DNA of 57,290 nt. Origin: an uncultured virus (IMG/VR IMGVR_UViG_3300045970_000330). Lineage: Duplodnaviria > Heunggongvirae > Uroviricota > Caudoviricetes. This document shows, piece by piece, positions 38,742 to 49,231 of this stretch; the stretch's first letter is position 1, and each line of letters opens with the position of its first letter. The DNA is taken from the IMG/VR virus record IMGVR_UViG_3300045970_000330. The stretch is one strand, 5' to 3'. Position numbers and translations under genes: made by a program. The notes under the pieces are model-generated. The model did no database searches, was not told the origin of the DNA, and worked only from the letters and a program-made list of their open reading frames with translations.

Positions 38742-40704
38742 ATGTCTCGCCTTGTTCAATGCAAACACTGTGAAGCCTGGATCGACCTCGATTTCGGGGC
38801 AGATAGTCCCGCCGAACACGCGGACGCTGAGGGAACACAGGAAGATCCGCGCTCCCCTGGCGATTGGGACGATGTTTGCGACCAATGCAACTAAGGGAAG
38901 GGACTGCGCGGCGGTCCTAATTCCTGATCCTGTCCAGGAGCCTGACCATGTTCTACCTAATCCCTATTGCGCTGGTTGTCCTGCTAGTTGGCGGTGCGCT
39001 GGCTAACTCTGAACCCCGACAAGACAGTCTGTAACTGTCCAGCAGCCGCTGGAACCCATCGAAAGGACCAACCATGAAAATCACCTTGCTTCTCAATTAC
39101 CCCGACTATGCCGCGCCTGAGTTTGCCCCCGGCTTGGAATTGCATGGCGGGTTGGTAGAGATCGTTCAGTTCAGCGACCTATTCCAAGAGCATGAAAACC
39201 TTGAGCCCTATGTGAAGCACAAGATTTCCTGCGAGTGCGACCAGGACGATGACCACGACGACCCCAACTGCGATTGCGGTCTGTTCGCCGCTTCTCAACT
39301 CGTCCGTCCGTAGCTGTCCATCTGCACGACCCCCGAAAGGATGACCCGATGAACTGGAACTACTCAAAGCCACCGATGGACGGAAGCCCCTTCCTCGCCG
39401 TGTTCAGCACCAAGACGGGCTGGGATTATTACCCCTGCTTCTTGGACCAGGAAACCGGAATCCTCTGCTGGTTTGAGGATGGCGGTCCCATCGGCTACAC
39501 CGTTGATGAAATGCGGGGATGGGTTGCCATCACCCCGCCCACCCCCGTCTAGCTTTTGTCCAGGAGGACAACCCATGACCACCGAGAAACCCGCCTTCGG
39601 TTCCTTCCCCCACGATGGCACTCCCGAGTGCCTATGTAACGAGTGCGCGATGGTTCGACTAGATGCCGCTGGGATCGAGTGCCCATCCCATGTTGCCCCT
39701 GGTTACTTCGAGGCGATCACCAAGGGATTCAATCACGCTGGACTTGCTGAAGCCATCGAGAAGGGCAAAGCCGAAGCGAAACGACTGGAGGATGTGCAGC
39801 GGGTTGACCCTGCCGACCTCCGCAAACCAATGACGATTTGAATATGTCCATAATTGGGAACCACAACCAGAGAACCTATGAACGCGAAAACCTACATCGG
39901 CAAGGACAGCGGGAAGATGCACCTAGAGGTCAACGGGATCACCTTGGCAACGGAAGGTGATGTTTGCCGAGACGCCACGCTCAGGGGCGCAGGAGTTGAT
40001 ACCTGGACCGTGGACGATTTGATCCGTGTCGTGAACCTCATCAACAACCGAGTCTCACAGCGCATTTATGAACTGGAGGTAGAAAACAACTCCCTCCTTG
40101 CCTCTCTGCACCACTCAAAACCATCCGAGTAGCACCTGTCCAGAACGAGGAACCAATGAACCAACGCTGCACCCACATCGAACCGGATGGGTTCCACCAT
40201 TGCGGGAGTTACGCCTTCAACCTGGGCAAAGACGGAATCGCCCAAGGAACCCTTTGCGATGTTCACTACTGGCAGTCTAGGGTCACTGAGCTAGAGGTAA
40301 AGGAACAAACCGCTTATGAGCGTGGGTTTAAGGATGGCGGGCTTGCCTTTGCTAGAAAATTTTAACTTCTGGTATCCCTGACACCCACCCTCCATATCCT
40401 GCTTACCTGAGCGTAACCTTGAAAGGACGCCATGAACAGAATCTTACCAAATTATGAAGCCCTATCTGCGAGAGCCGCAGCAGTAAACGGAGAACTTCAG
40501 GCAATCGAGCGGGAGGTTAACAAGAATTTCTTCCGCACGGATGATGAGCCAACCCCGAGGTGCTGCCCCAAGTGTGGATTTACAGCCTTGAAATACGGCT
40601 TCCCGCAATGGACAGCTACCAGCAACGAAGACCCCTTGAATGTAGGCATCCTTTACGAGTTCCAATGTGCGAATGAGGACTGCTGCATTTCGTTTTGGCT
40701 GTAG
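38742..40704 (+). CDS. Array of tiny unrelated genes (38742-38894, 38948-39034, 39074-39313, 39349-39552, 39575-39841, 39878-40132, 40156-40365, 40432-40704)
   Basis: Most have their own RBS; six successive junctions carry TGTCCA. Confidence 0.75.
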
Positions 40705-40806
40705 CTGTTGGGACAAGTCACACAACAAATATTCAAAGTTTTACTGGCGCCCCGACTCCGGGGCGTTATCATTTCCACCACAGCACCACTCACCAGGAGA
40801 TAGCCA

Positions 40807-41946
40807 ATGGCTACTGCTTACACCGAACCCCGCATCGAAGCACTTGAGAAGTATGCGGAACATCCCCACCCCGAATCTCGCCCGGGAAAGTATCTGCTGG
40901 CACTCATGACCAAGCTGGGTGTTAAGACACTTCCCACTTGGCGTGAAATGTTTTCCAGCCACTTCGCCTATGCCCTCCCCGCAGCGAGCCTGGGTGAAAT
41001 GGCTGTATTCAATGACCGAACATCATGGTCTGACACGCAGGGGTCATCAGGGCGCCTGCTGAATGAGATCAGCGAATACTTCAGTGGAGACAACATTCTC
41101 AATCCCTATGCCGAGATCGAAATCAAGCAGGTAACCAATATTCTGTCGGCACTGTTGGTTGATCGAAAGCTTTACAACCCTATCAAGGGCTTCGTAGTTA
41201 CCGACCTAAACGCGCAGGACACCGATAAGACCAACAACACCTACCAGATTTTTGATGGCAGGCATCGAGCTATCGCCATGGCAATCCTCTACGGGTTCAA
41301 GGTGCGCATCCCCATTTGGGTTGATGAAGAACCCATCGTGAAGGCAACGGGCGCCACTCTGATGATGAATCAGAACCGCCAGATCCGTAAGTTTGAGAAC
41401 GTGGCTGTCAATGGACTGAAGACCGCCCACATGTCGCCCACTACGGATAAGCAGTATGCCAGTCACAAGGGCAGCAAGCAGCGCATCGCACGCTGGGTTG
41501 CTTACCAGACCCATGTAGCCAAGAACTACAAGGTGTTCCCCAAGAGCGCCCTGGTGGTCACGGAGCGCCCTACACGCCTTATGCACTCCATGAGTGCAGT
41601 CAATTACCAGAACGCCGTAAACGCGATGCTGGGCGCCCTGTCGGAAGAAGCCCTTATGGACTTCTCACAGGCTAAACCACTCATCACTAAGGGGCTGGGC
41701 ATATTGTCCGCTATGTTCGTTGAGCTTCCCAAGGCGAACAAGGTTCCTGACTTCATCGCTTACTTCAATGCCTACAGTTCATTCATGTGGGGCACGGTTA
41801 TTGGAGAGTCCATGATGAACGACAAGGTTACGGACATCGAAGCCGAGGGTAAGAAGTTGGCGGTCAAGGCTGCCAAGTTCGTAGAGAAGATCGGTGAGGA
41901 TGCATATTGCCGCACTCCTGTGGTAGAGCTGCTGGCACAACTCTAG
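40807..41946 (+). CDS. ParB/Srx (DndB/DGQHR-like) fold protein, paralogue 1
   Basis: YQIFDGRHRAIAMAILYG and MNQNRQIRKFE. Confidence 0.75.
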   Translation: MATAYTEPRIEALEKYAEHPHPESRPGKYLLALMTKLGVKTLPTWREMFSSHFAYALPAASLGEMAVFNDRTSWSDTQGSSGRLLNEISEYFSGDNILNPYAEIEIKQVTNILSALLVDRKLYNPIKGFVVTDLNAQDTDKTNNTYQIFDGRHRAIAMAILYGFKVRIPIWVDEEPIVKATGATLMMNQNRQIRKFENVAVNGLKTAHMSPTTDKQYASHKGSKQRIARWVAYQTHVAKNYKVFPKSALVVTERPTRLMHSMSAVNYQNAVNAMLGALSEEALMDFSQAKPLITKGLGILSAMFVELPKANKVPDFIAYFNAYSSFMWGTVIGESMMNDKVTDIEAEGKKLAVKAAKFVEKIGEDAYCRTPVVELLAQL

Positions 41947-42009
41947 TAGGTCACCTTCCCCTTGCCCTCAGTGCTTATACTAGGCTGAGGGCTTTATCAT
42001 AGGAAACAC

Positions 42010-42948
42010 ATGGTATCTCTGGTTGAATTTCTTCCACCGGACCACCCGCTTCGGATAATGCAAGCAGCAACACGGGTTCAGGCTGGCATGAAGCCACTCA
42101 CAGGGCATATGAAGCCCACACATTTCACACCCCTGTTCCTGACTACCACCAGATTCATATCCAAAGAGCGTTACGTAGTAACACAGGACTATGCAGGAGA
42201 GTCCGCAGCTGAAGTGTTGGGCTTTCTAGCAAAGAAGTTCAGTCAGATTGAGCTTATGGAGCTGGCACAAGGCGTTCCCGTCGATAGCTCTGATGGTGAT
42301 TACCAGTATCATCTTCGCTCCAAGCTGCTTCCAAAAGAGCTAGGGCTTTTACCCAAACGGGCACCTAAGCCCAAACCACTAAAGGGAGTTGTGATGGCTG
42401 AAGCAAAGGGTTGGGGTAACAAGATCAAGAAGCTACGAGAAGAAGCAGGGCTGTCTCAGGTAGCAGTCACCAAGAAGATTGCTCCTGGGTTCTTTAACAT
42501 CATGACTAATGCCGAACTGGAGAGCCGTAAGTTTAGTCCCGATGAGCGTAAGAAGTTCTTTACGCTGCTGGGCAAGCCCGAGGACAACGGCATCCCGGTG
42601 GCTGATGAAGCTGAGTTGAGCAGGCGGCATGTTGCCAAGGTGCGGGTGGGCACTCACCGCAATAACGTCACCAAAGCGGCTGCACGTAAGGCTGTAAAGG
42701 CTGTCAAGAAGCCTACCAAGAAGACACTAAGCAAAGAGCTGAAGGCGCCCAAGAAGAAGCCTAAGCAGAAACCGGAGCCACGGGTTCAGCACGCTGTGGC
42801 TACCGTCCCTCAACACCTCAGCCCAATCAAGCAGGCTGCCTTGCAGGACTTTGCATCCACCATCACCAATCCCAATTTGCCCGACTCAAAAGCGCAGGAA
42901 ATCATGGCGTTGTTCAAGTCGCTGGCTATCACTGTCCTACTGAAGTAA
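42010..42948 (+). CDS. XRE-type HTH protein with Lys-rich linker (possible internal start at about 42393)
   Basis: WGNKIKKLREEAGLSQVAV; GGGAG precedes MAEAKG. Confidence 0.7.
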   Translation: MVSLVEFLPPDHPLRIMQAATRVQAGMKPLTGHMKPTHFTPLFLTTTRFISKERYVVTQDYAGESAAEVLGFLAKKFSQIELMELAQGVPVDSSDGDYQYHLRSKLLPKELGLLPKRAPKPKPLKGVVMAEAKGWGNKIKKLREEAGLSQVAVTKKIAPGFFNIMTNAELESRKFSPDERKKFFTLLGKPEDNGIPVADEAELSRRHVAKVRVGTHRNNVTKAAARKAVKAVKKPTKKTLSKELKAPKKKPKQKPEPRVQHAVATVPQHLSPIKQAALQDFASTITNPNLPDSKAQEIMALFKSLAITVLLK

Positions 42949-42952
42949 TACG

Positions 42953-44706
42953 ATGGAGTCTACTATGCGGGAACACATCTACTACACCGTCACTATCGAC
43001 AATGGGGCTGATTATTCTGCCGAGCTTCACCAGCAGTTCGACACGTATGAGGCTGCCGAAGACTTTGGTAACGACTGGCTCAAGCAGTTCTTCTTTGATA
43101 ACAACATTGCCCCCGAGGATCAGGACTTTGATGAGGCTGGCTTTGATGTTAACGAGGTAGAGTGTGAGGGCTGCGAAACATGCTGCACAGATGAATGCCC
43201 CGGGTGCGCTCAATGCTATGAAGATGATTCCCCAACTGTCATGGGTTGGGTTGGAAAGGATGGGCGCCCTTGAGCTGCATACGCTTTCTTATCTGGAGCT
43301 TTGAGCATCAACAGTGGTGGGCGCCTGCACGCTGCGGATACACCAGTAGCATCAAAGAAGCGGGGCGCTACTCGGTAGAGGAAGCTACGGGTATCTGTGC
43401 TGATGCCAATGCTGGTGGGCAGCTAGAAGAAGCAATGGTTCCTGACATCCATTTCTAGGAGATTACATGATCAGTTTCACCGTCACCCCACAAGAACGTG
43501 AACTTATTAGTCAGATCGCTGACCGCGTTGGGCAGGAAATGAAGGAGCTGGAGTATCCACGTGTCGATCTATTGATGGACCTGTCCGCTTGCCACGCCAA
43601 CGGCAACCCACTCGACTTCAAGGTGCTGCTAAGTTTCCCTATGTTTGACTTCGCTCATGACGTAGTTGGCATCTACAATCACATCAACCGCAGCACAGGC
43701 AAGCTGGAGCGGTTCTTTGTTCCCCGCTGCTCAGCGAAATACTCGTAGGAGAAACCATGGCGACACCCAAGAACACCCGCTTCATCATGAGTGCCTACTA
43801 TGGGCTCAAGGCGCTGGACAGCATCGACACCATCATGGTGGCGGGTTCAATGTCCGGTGAGAAGGACGCCGCCCGGGTGGTGGCGATTCCGAAGCAGGGA
43901 TCGACAGGCTACACCATCAAAGAGTTCCCGGTAGTTGAAGGTGACCGAGACACCGCCAAGCGGCAGGCAGATGAGTGCCTTGCCAAGATCATTACCCTAA
44001 TCAACGACATGACCCTGATGGTCATCGAGCCCTAACGCCCCATGCGACATGTCCCAAATAAATCTTCCAACAGCGTCTTGACACAGCGCGGAAGATCCTA
44101 TAATGTGTCTAAGGAGGTATCATGCAGCACTCTCTCCAATACAATTCAGCCTCGGTAGTTCAGGGTCTGGAGTTCAGCGGCTTCGGTCCCGCAGTAGCCG
44201 ACACCATCCTTGGGTTGCGTGTAAATGCCCATGACATGGAGTTCGCCCTGTCCATGAATAGGGATGGCACCCTAAAGGGCTTCGCGCCGCTGTGGGGCTA
44301 CCAGAACACACTGCACCCCGTGCCCAGGGCAGTCCTCAATATCATTTCCCATGTCTTCATGGGCATGTCTGATCTCCCCTTCTTGGAGAACCAGATCACA
44401 GATGACTTTGAGAGCAACGGGAAGATCATCGCCCGCAGCACCTTCCTCTGGATGGCTAATCCAGAAGAACATGATCCCGCCAAACGTGTGCGCTACGTCC
44501 TCAACGAACTGATCGTGGGTGGGGATGCCTTATGGTGTGGGCTGCGCACCATGCCCTACAACACCCTGCTCTACCAAGACTTCTATGAGCATATGCGCCT
44601 CATGTTGATGGAGTTCAAGAAACATGGTAAGCTTCCTACCAATTTGACCATGACACAGCTGGATGAGATCATGGCGCTGTGTGTGCCTGAGCAGGAGGAA
44701 CTGTGA
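42953..44706 (+). CDS. Hypothetical genes (42953-43273 acidic, ~43270-43458, 43467-43748, 43757-44035, 44122-44706)
   Basis: AGGAG RBS; TTGACA-N15-TATAAT at 44078-44104 precedes 44122. Confidence 0.75.
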
Positions 44707-45089
44707 ACATCGACTTTCTCACGCTACTGATTACTGGTCCTACTGAAGCGGACTGGAAGTTGGGGTCCATCAAGATGAAGTTCCCTACCAACCCTAGGGA
44801 TGAGCGCGAGCAGGATGTTTCGGCTCAGGATAGCTTGAGGGTGCTGAAGGAGCATGTGGGCGGCTACATCGAAATGGTTCCTGTAACTCCAGGTATCCAC
44901 GCCGTGTGTAACGAGGAAGGTAAGCTCCAGAGCCTTCCGCCTACAGCAGCATGGCTTCAGGGTGGTAAGGTGATCGACATTCTTTGTGGTAACCTAGCCT
45001 TCATTCGGCATGATCAATACGGTAACACCTTACCTTTACACCCGGATGACATCCATGCCATCAAGAAAGTGATTAGACCACTCAAATGA
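44703..45089 (+). CDS. DUF3846-like protein
   Basis: LKEHVGGYIEMV, CNEEGKL..LP and DILCGN. Confidence 0.75.
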   Translation: MNIDFLTLLITGPTEADWKLGSIKMKFPTNPRDEREQDVSAQDSLRVLKEHVGGYIEMVPVTPGIHAVCNEEGKLQSLPPTAAWLQGGKVIDILCGNLAFIRHDQYGNTLPLHPDDIHAIKKVIRPLK

Positions 45090-45502
45090 CAACCAAACTG
45101 ATGTTTCATTATCAACAATACGTTCCCGCCATGATCCAGCTCCAGACTGAGCAGCTCCTGGGTTGTGTGCTGGACTATGGACCCCATGCCACCAAGCGGT
45201 GGCGACAGAAGTTCGGGTCTATCTCAAAGCCCTTACAGCTGCCACTCGATGCTCAGTTCCTGGAAATCTCGGTTAAGGTGACTAGCAGCAGTGTAAGACT
45301 TGACACAGTGCTGTTTCGCTTTGATTGTGATGATACTACAGATGTAATTCTTTCTGTGGTAGCATCCACCAAGTTCGTGTGCAGTGCGTGGCGCGTTCCT
45401 AAGTGGTTTGGCAAAGCGGCGGGGCGCCCAAAAGACCCAAAGAAATATCTAACCCAAGCCCAATACAAGCAGCTTCTGAAGGGGGTTATGAATGCAGCAT
45501 GA
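45086..45502 (+). CDS. Hypothetical protein
   Basis: ATGA coupling. Confidence 0.7.
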   Translation: MTTKLMFHYQQYVPAMIQLQTEQLLGCVLDYGPHATKRWRQKFGSISKPLQLPLDAQFLEISVKVTSSSVRLDTVLFRFDCDDTTDVILSVVASTKFVCSAWRVPKWFGKAAGRPKDPKKYLTQAQYKQLLKGVMNAA

Positions 45503-46820
45503 ACTTGAATACGATCCAGCAGTATTCCAAAGAATTTGGCATGAGCGCTGCGCAGCTGCGGAAGCTGAAGGGATTGATCTTACCGAAGATGGAGTCCTAA
45601 GCAACATTGAGCGGGAATCCATGTATGACGCCAACGCCCTATGGAATATCGCTCTCGATGACTACTGGAACAACGCCTCTGTTCGCATCGTCCCACACGC
45701 CCAAACGGTCCTAGATGCCCCCACGTTTGAGCTGCGATCCCAGCTACCGATTCAAGGCATCTTTGCTGATGTCGTGATGGGAGAGAACTCCCATGTATTC
45801 CGACTGCTGGAGCGTAACATCAATACGATGCGTGAGCAGGGCAGCACCATGCACTTGTTACTCGTGGGTCCACCGTCTGTGGGTAAGACCATGACTGCTC
45901 AGATTGCTGCACGCTCCCTGAACCGTCCTATGCTCCCTTTGTCGGGCGCCACGCTGGGATCGAATCTGTTTGATGTCGTTGATGGACCTCTGGCGCAGCT
46001 ACACAATGGCTGCTTCTTCTCTGAGGTCTACAAGCACCCGGATAACAGCATGCCCGTCTACCGAGTCGCCCCAACTACGATGTTCGTAGATGAGGCTCAC
46101 GCCCTTACGGACAAGATACAGACTGCACTGCTGATGGCTACTGAGAAGCCCTACATGATCTCTGACTCAGAAGGTCGCTACCTGGACTTCCGTGATGTCC
46201 TGATCATCCTGGGCACTACGGACCCTTCAGTGAAGTCCGGTGGTGGAGGCTTGGTAAAACCGCTGCGCACCCGCTGCATCGAAGTTACCTTCGTTCACTA
46301 CGGAGAGGAAGCCGTAGGAGAGATCGTGATGAAGCACTATCCTAGGATCAACACCCAGGATGCTGAGTTGCTTGCCCGTGCCGCCAAACTTTACCCACGT
46401 GTTGCCCTGTCCTACGCTAAACAGGCAGGAAGCTTTCCGATTACACAGTTCGTGAGTGAGTTTCTAGGGGCAGACTCCCGAGGGCTTGATCCTACTGATC
46501 ACAAACTGCTGGCATTGCTGGAGAGTGCTGTAACTTACCAGAACCCACTCAAGAAGGCTGAAGCTGAGATCATGATCCGACAGCACAGCTTGGGAGGTAA
46601 GGTAAGTGAGCTGCAACTGGCTAAGGCTGAAGCCTACTTGAATACATTCCAACCCAAGCCCCTGGGTATTCAAGCTATCGCAGACAAGCTCATGATCACC
46701 GATAACGAAGATGTCCGAGCCCGGGTGCATTATATGGAGCGCCTCGGATTACTCGCCAGAACTTCTCGCGGTGTTGTCCGTGAGAAATCAGGTCTTGACA
46801 AGCAACCTTGTGACATGTAA
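45492..46820 (+). CDS. ruvB: RuvB-like Holliday junction branch-migration ATPase
   Basis: HLLLVGPPSVGKT, MFVDEAH, PLRTR, LG.D.RGLD..D.KLL, PLGIQAIA and GLLARTSRG. Confidence 0.8.
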   Translation: MQHELEYDPAVFQRIWHERCAAAEAEGIDLTEDGVLSNIERESMYDANALWNIALDDYWNNASVRIVPHAQTVLDAPTFELRSQLPIQGIFADVVMGENSHVFRLLERNINTMREQGSTMHLLLVGPPSVGKTMTAQIAARSLNRPMLPLSGATLGSNLFDVVDGPLAQLHNGCFFSEVYKHPDNSMPVYRVAPTTMFVDEAHALTDKIQTALLMATEKPYMISDSEGRYLDFRDVLIILGTTDPSVKSGGGGLVKPLRTRCIEVTFVHYGEEAVGEIVMKHYPRINTQDAELLARAAKLYPRVALSYAKQAGSFPITQFVSEFLGADSRGLDPTDHKLLALLESAVTYQNPLKKAEAEIMIRQHSLGGKVSELQLAKAEAYLNTFQPKPLGIQAIADKLMITDNEDVRARVHYMERLGLLARTSRGVVREKSGLDKQPCDM

Positions 46821-46888
46821 CACTGGATTTCCTGGGTAGTCCAGGTATCCGCCCCCACCACCTAATACCTCTAAATGGAGTCGCTACA

Positions 46889-48253
46889 ATGCCTACTACC
46901 GCCAAGAAGAACACCCGCAAGAAGGTTGTTAAGAAGGTCGCCGTTGTTGAGAGTGCCGAAACCACGGTGCCCAAGATCACCCGCACCAAGAAGGAGAAGA
47001 CAGCTGCTGTAAAGGAAGCTGTTACCCGGGCAACGACCACGCCCCGTGAACGCTACCTTGAGCAGCTGTGCTTGAAGAACACCCTGACTATTCCTCCCAT
47101 TGAGGAAATGTTCTCTCGCCAGATTGCTGAGGGCTTGCAGCCCCTGCCCCTTAGTAAGCTGGCGGCGTTCTGCTCTAACAGCGGATGGATTGCCACCAAG
47201 GGCGCCTTGGGTAAGTGTCTGGATGAAGTGACTAACTACTTTGGGGACATCAACTATTTGAACAAAAGCGCTGAGATTGACCCGAAGCGTGTGGAAACGG
47301 TGATCATCAGTCTACTGGAAACTGGCAGTCTCACTCACGAGCCTAAGGTAGCTCATGTGACTAACACCCCCTCGAATCTCACCTATGAAGAAGATGTTTT
47401 CCAGGTGTGGGATGGGCGCCACCGGGTTGTTGCTATGGCTGTGATCTACGGCATTGATGCTGTGATCTATGCGAAGGTCAATAATATCGGCTATGCTAGG
47501 GCTCTCCTGGACTGTGTTATCAGTAATGACACCCGCCAAATCAAGAAGCTGGAGAGCATCCACCACCAGGGTTTGAAGGACGGCGATGACCCTGTAGTTG
47601 CCTACGTCCGTAAGAAGGGCAAGATGCTCAACATTGTTAAGTGGGTTGTATCCCAGGTGCGTCCAGACATGGTGCCCAACCCCAGCCTAAACCCGGTAAA
47701 TCGCATCAACATCGTAGAAAAGGTGAAGGGCGCTCCGGGTATGACGAGTATTAATTTCCAGAACACCATCATCAACGCCCTCACTCAGCTGGGCGCCCGC
47801 TACAGCCAGGATCGGTTTGATAAGCGCACTAAGGATTTGTTCAATGATGTCACTGCTACTATCGAAGCTGTTTACATGGCTATCAGTGCTCATAGTGACA
47901 ATACCAAGACCAGCCTAGCTTGGAACTCATATTCTAGCCCTGTGATTGGCAACATCATTGGAAGGGCTATTGATTACTGGCGGGTAAACAAGATCACAAT
48001 GAGCACCCAGGTAGTTGAGGACTTTGCTAATCAGTTGGCGGCTGCCGTGTGCAACTACATGGACACTGTTCCTGCTACCTACGCACAGAATCCTTCAGGC
48101 ACTTTGAAGCCGCAGTTGCTCATGTTTGCAGATACCCAACTCGGCATCATCTTCCCTCATGTGGAAGAAGAAGGTGCCGATGAGGATATTGTGGTTACTC
48201 CTATGTCCACCCCGGAAGAACCCACAGCTGTCACTGAAACCTTTACCTACTAG
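46889..48253 (+). CDS. ParB/Srx (DndB/DGQHR-like) fold protein, paralogue 2, with a Lys-rich N-terminus
   Basis: FQVWDGRHRVVAMAVIYG, SNDTRQIKKLE and MTSINFQN; the last two are shared with 40807. Confidence 0.75.
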   Translation: MPTTAKKNTRKKVVKKVAVVESAETTVPKITRTKKEKTAAVKEAVTRATTTPRERYLEQLCLKNTLTIPPIEEMFSRQIAEGLQPLPLSKLAAFCSNSGWIATKGALGKCLDEVTNYFGDINYLNKSAEIDPKRVETVIISLLETGSLTHEPKVAHVTNTPSNLTYEEDVFQVWDGRHRVVAMAVIYGIDAVIYAKVNNIGYARALLDCVISNDTRQIKKLESIHHQGLKDGDDPVVAYVRKKGKMLNIVKWVVSQVRPDMVPNPSLNPVNRINIVEKVKGAPGMTSINFQNTIINALTQLGARYSQDRFDKRTKDLFNDVTATIEAVYMAISAHSDNTKTSLAWNSYSSPVIGNIIGRAIDYWRVNKITMSTQVVEDFANQLAAAVCNYMDTVPATYAQNPSGTLKPQLLMFADTQLGIIFPHVEEEGADEDIVVTPMSTPEEPTAVTETFTY

Positions 48254-48411
48254 CCCTGGCATTATCGGGGAGGGTGGTGCCTAGTGATCACCCTCCCCTA
48301 CCCCCCCCCCCTACTATTGCCCCCTTGGGTGCATGATCCAATACACAAGCGGCTATGTGCCATGTCACAGTGCTTCATGAGACAGCCGCTTAAACAATAA
48401 GGCTAAACTAC

Positions 48412-49167
48412 ATGCGTGATTTTTCTCATCTGGATGCACTCGCAGTTGACTACGCCACCCTTGACATGGAATATGAAGTCAGGGAGCGTGCCTACCAAGA
48501 ACTTTATCAAGGCACCTTCGAGTATCTATTTGAGCGCGTCCCCCTGTTTGTTGAGGGGCTGGAGAAGGTGGACATCGTGTCCATGATGGCTGAGAACCAG
48601 TTCAAGACCTGGATCAACTTCTATAAGCCCTCCCGCAAGAAGTTCACCAACTACATCAGTCGGTATGCACGCGATGCTTGTAAGAATGTGTTCCGTGACA
48701 CCCGTGGTGCCAACCCTTCGCGCCGGATGTATGAAAGCTATCAACGAATTAAGAACGCCATCCATGCTGGAGGCGATCCAGACACCGTGCTCAAGGAACA
48801 CCTCTACCATAGTGGTGATGGATTGATTTTGGTGAAGCGCATTGAGGATCTGCTGAAGACCGACTTGGACCCTCTGTCCATGTCAGAATCAATGTCAGGA
48901 GGTAAGGACGAAGACGGGCGCAAAATTAATTTGGAAGACACCTTGAGGGTGGAGGCGTCTGAAGTGTATGAACTTGAGCGGACACCCGCCATTCAGATCG
49001 AGCCCATGCCTAAGCGCTATAGGGCTCTCCTTGAACAGCTTAGACCCGGAACCAACATGCGCCTTCATGAGCTTGAGTTTGAGCGCAAGGGCATGAGACT
49101 TATTGATAAACTGGCGATGCTTGACACAGCCTATAGGTTGGCAGTTCAAATTAGAATGTCGCAATAA
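48412..49167 (+). CDS. Divergent phage sigma70-family factor
   Basis: Region-2-like YKPSRKKFTNYISRYARDACKNVFRD and region-3.2-like LSMSE...DEDG...LEDTL; region 4 is poorly recognisable. Confidence 0.65.
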   Translation: MRDFSHLDALAVDYATLDMEYEVRERAYQELYQGTFEYLFERVPLFVEGLEKVDIVSMMAENQFKTWINFYKPSRKKFTNYISRYARDACKNVFRDTRGANPSRRMYESYQRIKNAIHAGGDPDTVLKEHLYHSGDGLILVKRIEDLLKTDLDPLSMSESMSGGKDEDGRKINLEDTLRVEASEVYELERTPAIQIEPMPKRYRALLEQLRPGTNMRLHELEFERKGMRLIDKLAMLDTAYRLAVQIRMSQ

Positions 49168-49231
49168 ATCAATTAGCCTTGACACGGGATATTCCACGGC
49201 TCATGCTTAGGTAGCAGAAGCCCATGGAGGC

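Noticed and set aside
40807..48253. Dnd phosphorothioation system
   Set aside because: Only DGxHR-type proteins are present; no dndA/C/D/E homologues in the window.
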